Below, one piece after another: positions 1 to 10,584 of a stretch of 64,000 bases of DNA (position 1 is its first letter; every line of letters starts with the position of its first letter). This stretch comes from Podarcis tiliguerta (lineage: Eukaryota): NCBI GenBank assembly GCA_965153285.1, contig OZ229115.1; one strand, given 5' to 3'. The position numbers were made by a program, and so were the translations under genes. The notes under the pieces are model-generated. The model was not told the origin of the DNA. It made no database searches and worked only from the letters and a program-made list of their open reading frames with translations.

Positions 1-747
1 GTGATTAATTTCTTGGAAGGGAGGGCTAAGGACTGTGTTATACCCCTAATATCTCGAAGGGATGCCGCCCTAGGAAATCTACAAATGTTTCTGCAGTATC
101 TAGACACGATTTTCTTAGACCCTGCGCATGAAGTAACCACAGCAAGGCAGTTGTTGAGAATGAGACAAGGAAAAGACACTGTGGGAGTTTATTGGTCCAA
201 CTTTAGTTTGCTGGTGCAGAAATTAAAATGGGATCTGAATTCCCCAACAGTTGCAGCCCTTTTTAGGGAAGGACTGAATAATGAGATTTTAGACCAATTG
301 GCCCAAATGCCAGAACCTAGTTCCTTGGACTCTCTGGTCCGAACGTGCCTGCAATTGAGCCTACGCGTGGAACGGAGGGCTAGTGAAAAGAAGGAACAAT
401 GGCAACCACGGTGGCGGGAAAATAATATTATTGAAAGTACAGAGAGCAGAGCGGGCAATATGCCAGGACGAGAGCGGCCAGAGCCCATGGAATTAGGAGC
501 AGCCAGACCCCTCCCAGTTACTACCTCTTCCATGGTAAGAGGAAATGCAGGGAGAGGAAGAGACATGAGGCGTTGCTTCGTCTGTGGAAAACCAGGGCAT
601 CTAGCACGACAATGTCGCAATCGTAAAGGATGGGAGTCTCTATCTGGAGCAGACATGGGAGAAGACAATTGCCCAAAGGAACTGCATCAGGGAAACGAAT
701 GTCCCCGGCTGGAAATGGGAGCTTGCAGCCGGGTGGAGAAGCAATAG
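1..747 (+). CDS. gag: Gag, 5'-partial (capsid C-terminal part and CCHC zinc knuckle)
   Basis: Frame is open from base 1, so the GTG is not a real start. Capsid-like RMRQGKDTV...LFREGL, PEPMELG motif, CFVCGKPGHLARQC at 574-615, TAG at 745-747. Confidence 0.93.
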   Translation: MINFLEGRAKDCVIPLISRRDAALGNLQMFLQYLDTIFLDPAHEVTTARQLLRMRQGKDTVGVYWSNFSLLVQKLKWDLNSPTVAALFREGLNNEILDQLAQMPEPSSLDSLVRTCLQLSLRVERRASEKKEQWQPRWRENNIIESTESRAGNMPGRERPEPMELGAARPLPVTTSSMVRGNAGRGRDMRRCFVCGKPGHLARQCRNRKGWESLSGADMGEDNCPKELHQGNECPRLEMGACSRVEKQ

Positions 748-757
748 AAGGCTCTCA
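690..757 (+). promoter_or_regulatory. Programmed -1 ribosomal frameshift: slippery heptamer and pseudoknot
   Basis: G GGA AAC at 690-696 in the gag frame. Stem1 CCCGGCTG 704-711 pairs with CAGCCGGG 726-733. Stem2 TGGGAGCTT 716-724 pairs with AGGCTCTCA 749-757. pol is in the -1 frame. Confidence 0.9.
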
Positions 758-2648
758 CGCAGAACCACCTATCCCAGGACTAACGGTGAAGGTGCAACTA
801 CAACTACCCAATGGACACAGGGTCCAGGTAGAGGCGCTGTTAGACTCAGGAGCGTCAGCAGATTTCATAGACCAGAAATTGGTACAGGAACACAAAATCG
901 CTTTGTTACCTTTGAATTTCCCACTGCGAGTGAAAACAATTGACGGCAGACCGCTACTGTCAGGAGAAGTGACTTATGAGACTCCACCAATGAGAATGGA
1001 TATGGGTCATCACTCAGAGACCAGGGCATTTCATGTGACCAAACTAGCTGGACACCCGATGGTGCTGGGCATGAGTTGGCTCAATCGTCACAATCCGGTG
1101 ATTGCCTGGCATCAAAGGTCTTTGGTTTTTGGTTCAATCTATTGTATGACACATTGTTTGGGGCAAAAGGGAAAAATCTCAGTGGAAGTAATGGGAACAG
1201 AGGTAGAAGGGAAGTTGATGGGGAATGAAAGTGAGATTCCGTCACAATATATTGCTTATCGAGATGTTTTTTGTGAAAAAGAAGCGGATAAACTTCCACC
1301 ACATAGGCCCTATGATTGCAAGATAGATCTAGTCCCTGGGGCACAGTTGCCACCAAGCAAGATATATGCCATGTCGGAAGTAGAATCTGCAGCATTGAGG
1401 GAGTTCCTGCAAAAGAATTTGCAGAGAGGTTTTATTAGAGAGTCCACAGCCTCGGGGGGTGCTCCCGTCTTTTTTGTCAAAAAGAAAGGGGAGGAAGGGG
1501 CACCGAGATTAGTATGTGACTTCAGAATCCTTAACAGCCAAATGAAGCCTCGCGTGTGCCCACTGCCACGTATAGATGACCTCTTAGAGAGAGTAAGGTC
1601 AGCCAAAGTCTTTACCAAGCTTGATCTACGAGGAGCATATAATCTGATAAGGGTCAGAGAAGGGGATGAGTGGAAAACCAGTTTTTGTACTAAGTATGGT
1701 GCATTTGAATTCTTGGTAATGCCTTTTGGCTTGCAAAATGGCTCAGGGGTATTCCAAACCTTCATCAACCACGTCTTAGCAGGTATACTGGATCAGTTCT
1801 GTGTCTCTTATTTAGATGACCTCTTAATATATAGTGAAAGCATGGAGGAACACGTAAAACATGTCACACAGGTGTTAGAAAGATTGAGGACCAACAGGTT
1901 ATATGTGAAGTTAGAGAAGTGTAAGTTCCATACACAAAAGGTGGAGTTCCTGGGATATTGCATTTCCCACAAAGGGGTGCACATGGACCCCAGTAAAGTT
2001 CAGGCAGTGGTGGAATGGGAGGCACCTAAGACTAAGAAAGATCTACAGAGGTTTTTAGGATTTGCTAATTTCTATCGTAAATTCATAGGTAATTACTCCA
2101 AAATCACAACGCCACTGACTGATTGTCTAAGAGGCAAGGGGCCATTCAGATGGTCTGAGGAAGCACAGAAGGCCTTTGATAAACTAAAGGCGGTGTTTGC
2201 TTCAGAAAAATATCTTATGCACCTAGATCCTAGTAAACGTATGAAGGTAGAAACTGATGCCTCTGATAGGGCTATTGGGGCCATTCTGCTGCAACAGGAC
2301 AAGGAAGGGGACTGGAGACCCTGTGCCTTCTACTCTAGAAAATTAAATCAATCAGAACAAAACTACACCATATTTGATAAAGAACTTTTAGCTGTGCATG
2401 CTGCCTTTAAAGTGTGGAGACATTTTTTGGAAGGGGCGTCACATCAGGTGGTGGTACAAACAGATCATAAGAATTTAGAGTATTGGAGAACTGCTAGACA
2501 GCTAAACCAAAGGCAAATTAGGTGGGCGGAGTTTTTTGCTGGGTTTAATTTTAGGATTGAGTATATACCTGGGCATCAAAACGTTCGTGCAGATGCGCTA
2601 TCGCGCAAACCTGAGTATATGGAAGGGGAAGCACCTCCCAAGTTGTGA
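690..2648 (+). CDS. pol: Pol part 1: aspartic protease, reverse transcriptase, RNase H (entered by frameshift)
   Basis: ALLDSGA (protease); LDLRGAYN, MPFGL and YLDD at 1809-1820 (RT); TDAS, KELLA, TDH, ADALSR (RNase H); ends at TGA 2646-2648. Confidence 0.96.
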   Translation, partial: GKRMSPAGNGSLQPGGEAIEGSHAEPPIPGLTVKVQLQLPNGHRVQVEALLDSGASADFIDQKLVQEHKIALLPLNFPLRVKTIDGRPLLSGEVTYETPPMRMDMGHHSETRAFHVTKLAGHPMVLGMSWLNRHNPVIAWHQRSLVFGSIYCMTHCLGQKGKISVEVMGTEVEGKLMGNESEIPSQYIAYRDVFCEKEADKLPPHRPYDCKIDLVPGAQLPPSKIYAMSEVESAALREFLQKNLQRGFIRESTASGGAPVFFVKKKGEEGAPRLVCDFRILNSQMKPRVCPLPRIDDLLERVRSAKVFTKLDLRGAYNLIRVREGDEWKTSFCTKYGAFEFLVMPFGLQNGSGVFQTFINHVLAGILDQFCVSYLDDLLIYSESMEEHVKHVTQVLERLRTNRLYVKLEKCKFHTQKVEFLGYCISHKGVHMDPSKVQAVVEWEAPKTKKDLQRFLGFANFYRKFIGNYSKITTPLTDCLRGKGPFRWSEEAQKAFDKLKAVFASEKYLMHLDPSKRMKVETDASDRAIGAILLQQDKEGDWRPCAFYSRKLNQSEQNYTIFDKELLAVHAAFKVWRHFLEGASHQVVVQTDHKNLEYWRTARQLNQRQIRWAEFFAGFNFRIEYIPGHQNVRADALSRKPEYMEGEAPPKL

Positions 2649-4559
2649 GAAATACTGAGATCGGATCAGTGGGGGTGTGCAGCCGTAGTAGTGGACGGCA
2701 GGGAATTCCAGCGATTGACAGTAACAGATGAGTTTGCACAAAAGAAAATGGAGGAACTGAGAAAAGGTAGAGGGGAAGAGGAAGGTTTCAAAGAAAAAGA
2801 TGGATTGTTGTACAGGAGAGGGGTGCTGTATGTACCTGCAGGTGAATTAAGAGGTAAAGTGTTGAGGCAACATCATGATAACCCGACTGCAGGACATTTT
2901 GGTAGAGAAAAGACTCTGTATCAGATCACACGACAGTTCTGGTGGCCAAAGTTGAGGGAGGAGGTAACGCAATATGTAAGAGGTTGTGAAGTATGTCAAC
3001 GAGCCAAGGCACCCAGAGCAGCTCCCGCAGGGTTGTTGCAACCTATGCCCACGCCGGGAAGGCCTTGGGATGTGGTGTCTATGGATTTTATAACGGATCT
3101 ACCGTCATCCCATAGGCAAACAGTGATCTTTGTGGTGGTTGACATGCTAACCAAGATGGCACATTTCATACCATGTACCAAAATTCCGACCGCACAGGAA
3201 ACTGCAAAGATGTTTTTAGATAATATTTTTAGGTTGCATGGTTTGCCATCACAAATCATTTCAGATAGAGGGGCCCAATTTACATCACAATTTTGGAAGA
3301 GGTTAATGCAGTTACTAGATGTGGAGCTAAGCCTCACGTCGGCGAGACACCCGCAAACCAATGGGGAAGCTGAAAGAACGAATGCAACACTACAACAATA
3401 TCTGAGGTGTTATGCTGGTTATCAGCAGAGCGGGTGGTTAGAGAAGTTGAGTCTAGCAGAGTTTGCGTATAATAATGCAATGCATGTGTCTACGGGCAGA
3501 GCCCCATTTGTGGCAAACTATGGCTTGCACCCAAGGGCATTCCCAGGTCAAGAGGAGCAGTTAGCAGTACCAGCAGCAGAACAAATGATAGAGGAGTTGA
3601 GGTGCATTCATGAGATATTGAAAGAGGATTTGGAAGAAGCTAAAGAGGCTTACAAGAGAGCTGCAGACAGGCACCGGCGAGTTGGGGAAGAAATCCAAGT
3701 AGGGAGCTGGGTATGGCTGTCTACCAAAGGACTACCAATACGAGGGAGGTGTAAAAAGCTAGAACCAAGGAGATTGGGACCTTTCCAAGTAAAGGCTCAA
3801 ATTAACCCAGTCGCTTTCAAGCTTCATTTACCTGAAAATATGAGAATACACCCTGTATTTCATAGATCTTTATTGTCAGTGTTTGTACCAGCACATAAGT
3901 ATCAAATTTCAAGGGAACCACCTCCTTTTCCCACCATGATGGGGGAAGAGGAGGCTGAAGTGGAAGAGATATTAGACTCGAGAATAAGTAGGAGGAAATT
4001 ACAGTATTTGGTTGCATGGAAAGGGTTAGATGAGTCTGAGAACTCATGGGAATCAGCAGAAAAAATTAACGTTCCAGAATTGCAGAGAGAATTTCATAGA
4101 AAATATCCCCACAAGCCAAAACCCCATAACTGGCATCTTCAAGAAATTTTTGAAAAGACAGATAGCGAGGAAGAAGAGTTCAGAGGGTTCGGTCCTTCAG
4201 AAACAGAGGAGAGCGAGGAGGAGGAAGGGGGGCTTAGGGGAGGGGGTGATGTCAGGGAAGAGTTAGAAGTTTTCAGTTTATCAGAGGGAGAAAGCATTCC
4301 CCAAGGGGGGAGGGAGAGCAGTGAATCTAATAGAAGGGAGCAAGAGGAACAACAGGGAGGGACTGGCTGTTCACAGGAAAGGCAAGGGTTAAGTTCTAGC
4401 TCAGATTCGGAGGAGAGGAGATACAGGCCAGCTCTAGCCAGGAGGTTAGAAAAAAGAGCGGGAAAACGAAGGGAGAGGCGCCTTCGCCATTTTGAGGGTG
4501 GCTGGTCATGGAGAAGCAGAGCTCAGAAGGTATCTGAAATAAGTGACTCTGAGGAATAA
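2649..4559 (+). CDS. pol: Pol part 2: integrase, chromodomain and acidic/basic tail; same frame as part 1 after one TGA
   Basis: HHDNPTAGH...CEVC zinc finger; DDE residues in SMDF, SDRG, GEAERTN; LGPF motif; chromodomain about 3951-4109; frame continues directly from 2649. Confidence 0.95.
   Translation, partial: EILRSDQWGCAAVVVDGREFQRLTVTDEFAQKKMEELRKGRGEEEGFKEKDGLLYRRGVLYVPAGELRGKVLRQHHDNPTAGHFGREKTLYQITRQFWWPKLREEVTQYVRGCEVCQRAKAPRAAPAGLLQPMPTPGRPWDVVSMDFITDLPSSHRQTVIFVVVDMLTKMAHFIPCTKIPTAQETAKMFLDNIFRLHGLPSQIISDRGAQFTSQFWKRLMQLLDVELSLTSARHPQTNGEAERTNATLQQYLRCYAGYQQSGWLEKLSLAEFAYNNAMHVSTGRAPFVANYGLHPRAFPGQEEQLAVPAAEQMIEELRCIHEILKEDLEEAKEAYKRAADRHRRVGEEIQVGSWVWLSTKGLPIRGRCKKLEPRRLGPFQVKAQINPVAFKLHLPENMRIHPVFHRSLLSVFVPAHKYQISREPPPFPTMMGEEEAEVEEILDSRISRRKLQYLVAWKGLDESENSWESAEKINVPELQREFHRKYPHKPKPHNWHLQEIFEKTDSEEEEFRGFGPSETEESEEEEGGLRGGGDVREELEVFSLSEGESIPQGGRESSESNRREQEEQQGGTGCSQERQGLSSSSDSEERRYRPALARRLEKRAGKRRERRLRHFEGGWSWRSRAQKVSEISDSEE
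4218..4249 (+). other. Polypurine tract
   Basis: GAGGAGGAAGGGGGGCTTAGGGGAGGGGGTGA directly before the LTR TG. Confidence 0.85.
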
Positions 4560-4669
4560 CATTTAAGAACTGTTTATAAGATTGTTTTGTTAATACACAA
4601 TAAAAAGTTTTATAAAGAACAAGAAGCATTTGTGTGGTGATCTGAAGAGGACAACGACCAGTCCTGACA
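4250..4669 (+). repeat. 3' LTR (420 bp)
   Basis: TGTCAGG...CCTGACA perfect 7-bp inverted termini, follows the PPT, AATAAA at 4599-4604; predicted TSD CAGAG at 4670-4674. Confidence 0.92.
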
Positions 4670-7600
4670 CAGAGATTATGGGAATAAATAATAAGCAGTA
4701 TACTATTTATATTCTGGTGTAATGTTTGTTTCTATGTGTGCATTTTTACCTTTTGTATGCTATTTCAAGGGTGACAATCAGAAGTGGGATGAAAATTTGG
4801 CAAATAAAAATATATGCATGCTATTTCAACAGCAGTGTGTTCAAGTGTGCATCACTGCCAGAGCAAAGCTCTAAATTTTCCATTGTAAATGTATATTGCA
4901 TGGGTCCAAAAGATTCATGTAGCCAACAGTTAAAGATTGCCAATAGCTTTCTTAGTTATTACTAAGAGCGTACTGATTAAACTTAGCTTCTAATAGGAAG
5001 TATCTATATTCATAATGTTTGTTGATATTTATAATAGTAATAATAACTATTCCAACTGAAACATTATTGAAGACTGAATTGAATTAAAGTGAGAAGGAAT
5101 CTAATTTATGTAATCATGATTCATGCTGTTGGTGATTCTGGTAAACTATGGTAACAGTACTCTTCAGAGTGTTCAAGTTTTCATCTGTACAGAATCTAGA
5201 TATGTTTGTGTGCACATGCATGTACTGCTCTCTCTCCCTACCGATCCTCAGTGGAATGAGTATAGGGATAATGAAGCAATGATAATGATAATAGCATCAA
5301 ATCAGTTATACCGGGACTATAAAGTAGTTACGTTATCTAGCATTTTTCGACAAAATGTAATTATTGTGCTTATTACATCACAAAGTAACAAATGTTTTAA
5401 TATTATTTAGATATGCATTAAAGTACGAAGAGGAAAACACAGAGGGTATTAAAGTTAAGCGCAAATAAGTCCCATCTGTTTCAGTGAGAGATAGTTAAAG
5501 ATGTGCTTAATTCTCCCAATGAAATCACCAGGATTACTTAACTTTGGCCCACACTGTGAAAGCTGAGTTCACTCTTCTAAATGATCCGAGTGCATCAACT
5601 CTCAGTCGGGCATAATCACACAGCTGCTTTCTACCCTAGTTATCTAAACAACAGACAATTCCCTATATGCATACATTTAAATAAATTAACATATACAAAT
5701 GGCCGATAGCTGGGTGTGTATTCCTCTCTGGAGAAGTGACAATCTAAACCTGATCTAACAAATGCATTTAAAATAATCTTCCGTATGCTAATTTATTTAT
5801 CAATTTAATTCAATTCAAGTGGTGTTTTCATGAAATAGCATCACTTGTCTTTAATTTGTCTAATTAATTGATTAAAAGCAAGACAGCTAATCAACTAAAA
5901 GCCTTTAATTACTTGACAGCTCTAGTTTAGATGCTCCCTCACCAGCATCCAAAGTGTAGACATGTCTATGAAATCCCCAATTCTATGAGAAATATTAGTC
6001 TTTGGGAGCAAATACTGCATCACTTGTTATATTACTGGTGCAGTAGTATCCAGAATCTGATGTATTATTCATAAAACAGCAACATCTGCACACAACATCT
6101 GATGCTAAAATTTAGAAATGGAACAACAGCACTGATACAGAGACAATCCCTTATGTACAATAGTGTAACAGTGTTCTACCATTCAAATACTAGACATACA
6201 ATGCACATCTCAATGGAGAACAGCTTCATGGCTTTCCTTTTATCTACGGTAAGCGTTAATCAAATCAGGCTACAACTGATACATAGAAGTTAACATATAT
6301 ATCAGAACAGTATGGTCAGATAAAAGTACAATAGCTCAATCTTGAAATTCATCCCCTACACACAGGGTGAACCGTACTCTCCCACTGAGTGTGCATTTCA
6401 AAGGAGGATGCAATCAGCTTCGGCTCCCTGAGTAGTGTGCATGTATGGCATCTATGTTTGCAAACTCACATTAGTCAAATTCACATGTTACATGTTATGT
6501 GTCCACTCTACTTTTGGGGACTACTTTTTCCCACACGAATATGCCAATCTATGAAATTTTCAACATAGTACTCAAGGTCCACAGATACGTATAGGCAGGA
6601 CCAGGGGAAGGTCCTCCTTAGTACCTGTACCAAGGTACTGGAAGTCACCTCAGAAGAGAGGCCCACTTTGCTCCCTCATGAATGGACTTTCCAAACCAAG
6701 CTGAAGCTCATCAGGCCCCGGAGATCTGAATTTGTTTTAAGTAGCTAGGTGTTCCCGTATCACCTCTTTTCCTACCTTAGGCTACAGCTCTCTCCATCAT
6801 TTATTCTGTTATCACCAGGATGGGCACTGCTTTACTTTATGATGACAACAGAGGCAAAGTAGGTGCTGAGCAGTTTCACCTTCTCTCTTTCACCCAATAG
6901 CACAAACTACTTCTCATTTTAGTACTGTTTGTCATACTGTGCTGGAACTAAGGTATTCATCAATTTTCAAAAACATTTGTAGCAGTGCAGGAGAAACTCG
7001 CCTTTTATAGCTAGAATGTTGACATCATTTATTTAAATTATTTTGTCCTTGCTGCCAGTCACCCATACTTACCATAAGTGACATCACCACACTGTCACAT
7101 TTTACTGTGGTGCCATTCTGCTGACACTGTGCAATTTCTGGTGGAGTAAGATTGCCTACAAGACAAAGGCTAAAATAACAAATGCTTACCAGGAAGCAAA
7201 GCCCATTGAATTCAATGGATTGTATGCCTCAACAGACATACATAAGAATGTGCCGTAATACAGGAAGGCCCCAAACAGGATTTTAAAAATCCTGACTATT
7301 CAGAAAGTCTGTTTTGGAGATGATTAGCTTTCACCTTTCCAGAATCACTTTTTAAAATTAAGAATATTCATCTCAGACATAGCATATGTCCATGGCAGAC
7401 TATTCAGATCCCTATTTGCCACATATGTTTAAAAATAACTCAAGTTAATCAATAAAGATCAGGCCACATACTAAAGAAATACAAGCTTTAGGATACAAAA
7501 GCCTATTGATAAAAATATTATTTAGCATCTGTCTGTTATTCATTTTATCTGTAAATGTTTTTCCTATATAACTAGGGAAGTTATCACAGAAAGAGCTCCA

Positions 7601-8094
7601 TTAATACAATTTCCCTTATTAATATTAATGCAGCTTCCTCCATCACGTTCAATAGTTACCTCTCACTAAATGTTCACTCAAGGCTCTTCTATCTATTTTC
7701 AAAATATCAACTATAATACTAATAATAACAAAGTACATGGGCGGGTAGAAAAGAACATTATGTACTTAAAATATTGCTTTGAACATCACAGTGCCATTGT
7801 TATTATCTTTGCCATTTTTTTCCCACAGAGAGAAAACTAAAATTGATAAGTAATTGCTAGTGGTCTCATTTTTCTCTTTTCCAGGAAAACAACAAAAGCA
7901 CATTTGCAATATATTCTCAATAATGTGTTTGCATTCAAAACATTTTAGCCATTTCACCTAAGTCTTAATTTGCACAGGTTTTGATTTCTTGAAGCCTTCT
8001 CTGCATCCCACTCCTCTGCAGTGAACAGCAGGTGTCTTGACTATTCAATGTATTATGTTATGCCCAGAGTTGCATGGCAAGGAACCTACTAGAC

Positions 8095-8450
8095 TAGGGT
8101 GGTCCAGCTTTTTACACCAAGTGGGCTGCAAGAGTACCTCGACACAGAATCTGTGGGCTGCACACTGCCTTTTAACATTGCGGAGGTGGGGATGAACCAA
8201 GGCTAAAGTTTGATTCTCCCTACCACCAGTCCTCATGCTGCCTTTACAAAACTAGCTAAGCAAGGCACCGGGCTTTAGGAAGGAGGCTGGAAGACTCTAG
8301 GACTCTATCAGAGCCCTCATGCCTCCTTCCCCAATCCCAGCCCCCTGCTTACCTGGCTTTGGGAAGACAGCATGAGGGTTGCAGGGAGTGGGTGGGTGCA
8401 TGCACACACATGTCAAATGTTCCCCTTGGGCTCCGTGTTGGACTGCCCTG
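8095..8450. mobile_element. Non-autonomous hAT element (MITE)
   Basis: Perfect 8-bp TSD TACTAGAC (8087-8094, 8451-8458); imperfect TIRs TAGGGTGGTCCAGC / GTTGGACTGCCCTG. Confidence 0.8.
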
Positions 8451-8979
8451 TACTAGACCAAACAATCCACTTTTCAATCACAGCTCTCACTTTTCTCTTT
8501 GGCCAAAAAGCCTGAGAAGCAGAAGCAGCCAAGTTGGCTCATCACACAGAAATTACTTTAAAAGTTTGCCTGTACATTTTGTTTCATAACTTTCATTCTA
8601 TGAATATCAGAAACTTGCTTTTAAGAAAAGGAAAGGAAACTCAGTCCCTTTGCAGATATGTGCCCTGTTACAATCGATCCTACCACAGGTCATCATGAAG
8701 GTCTGGGTCTCAGCTACTAGTGAGAGTACCTGTAGAAGAGCCCACCAGTAATGTGACAGCTGCCTATGTCAGGATGTCCTCCATAGGGGCTTTTGGGAAC
8801 AACATGCTTGGCTGCTGTGAGAAACAGGATGCCACAACTAATAGGCTGTTGCTTTTGTACATCAGTCTCCTCTTGTATGGTGCAGTCAAGAAGACAACGA
8901 AAGAAGCCATGTGTCAGGAAAATGGAGCTCGGTAGTAGAAAACGTAGATCCCCAGGTAGGGGTGAGAGCGAATCCTGAC

Positions 8980-9070
8980 TGAAACTCTGGAGAGCTGCTG
9001 TCGGTTGGTGTAGGTAATCGTGAGCTAGGTTATCCAATGGTGTGACTTGGTATAAGCCTCCTATGTGCTT
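8980..9070 (+). mobile_element. Decayed 3' part of a tRNA-derived squamate SINE (Squam3-like)
   Basis: ...GACTTGGTATAAGCCTCCTATGT tail, similar to the copies at about 12540-12630 and 33440-33600. Confidence 0.5.
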
Positions 9071-10584
9071 ATGTACCAAAATACAAATCTACCCTATACA
9101 CTAATCTTACATGTGCAATTACATGACGCAGATCTTCTATGGACTATAAATGGTACCAACAAGCCTTATCGGAAAACTTTTCAGGTGTCTATTTCTGGTA
9201 AACCTCTATTGCAAATGGGTTTTTATTTTGCATATAATTATAGTATACCTGAAAAAATAAAATAAAACGTCATTCTGCTTTAGGTTTGGCCTTTTGGTAG
9301 TCTTGATTAAATATTATTACAGATTCTGGAACTGTACTGACATCTCAAAAAGCTTCCTATACTAAAAAGATGATAAGTATCATACGAAAATAACCTTCTG
9401 TCAGCGTTAATCAATAGATGACCTTGGGCTGGATCTGACAAACATACTGGATATCCATGGTCAGGCAGCGGAATTGCTCCTGCCTCACCAAAACAAATGA
9501 CTGCCTCGACTGAAACTGTTCGACAACCATGCAACTGTGTCTTGTTTTACAATGTGTACAGGCAAATAAATTAATCGTGCACATTTTTTTCATATTTGTC
9601 ATAAAATTCAAGCCTACATGTGTTAGATTTCTTACTTGTAGACACTATGCAAGGAAGAAACTCTTGTGTAAGCATCCAGCAGACTTGGAGATGAATCAGG
9701 TACTTATGATGGACAGCTGAGATCCCACTTCCCCAACACATGTAGCCAAAAGCTTGTTAGAACTGCCCACCTAAAAATTAAGTATAGATTGATATTTTCC
9801 TTTACCCTTGCATATGTCGCATTGCTTATTTTAGGAACAGGTGTAAATTAGTAGAGTGTACTACACACACACACACTTTGAGTTATACACTAAATATAAT
9901 GTGTGAGCTCAGCTCTTTAAAGTTAAACTCAGGGCCATAAAAAATGGGCAGAAGATCATCACCCCTTCCACCAAAATATCAGCATTCACTGAAGGCGGGG
10001 AGGGTGAGATAAGAAACACTAGCAGCAACTAAATATGCCAGTGTTGGCACTAAACACACCACCTTTCTTGGCAATTAGAGAGCTAAAAATATTGTCCAAT
10101 GTCTGAAATAATAGTGATATATTTTTAATCATGGGGCACTGCAGTCACACAGTATAATCAGGTCCAAAAATAATGTATGTACCAAGGACAAATGATCCTT
10201 GTTTTTAAAGAAAGACAACAAGACAAAATAAAGCTCTTGATTATGTCTTAATTGTATGTGGGACTGTGTTTGGGTGGGAAAGGCAAACTCCCCATATAGC
10301 ATTTCTCCCAAGCATTTTATAAAATACACCACATTTAAATGATAATTACATAATAGCCATAATATTCTGTGGCCGTGCACATGTAGCACAATACAAATAA
10401 CTGCAGTATCTGCAGCTATTGTCATGGTAACTATATGTTTGTATTAGGGCGTCATGGTATAAAGCAAGGGTCTAAAATCAGAAGATAACTGCAAATATAC
10501 TGCTATGCAGCATGCAGTTTTTGAAAGACACCAAGCATCCCATTAAGCTTAATAGGAATTCTGCCTCAAGTGAAGGCTATAGGT

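Larger units (their letters stand above)
1..4669 (+). mobile_element. Ty3/Gypsy LTR retrotransposon, chromovirus (Sushi-like); 5' LTR and gag start lie left of the window
   Basis: gag CCHC, -1 frameshift, domain order PR-RT-RH-IN-chromodomain, GPF motif, PPT and TG...CA LTR all visible. Confidence 0.97.

Noticed and set aside
630-689. ATG at 630 as an independent pol start
   Set aside because: The slippery site and pseudoknot explain pol entry better
189-4629. Antisense and alternate-frame ORFs over gag-pol (189-668, 1310-1768, 2996-3361 and others)
   Set aside because: Shadows of the coding strand with no recognisable motifs
7060-7140. Strong minus-strand donor ATG|gtaagt
   Set aside because: No SLC44-like coding sequence upstream of it; it does not encode the expected CTDxxCC exon
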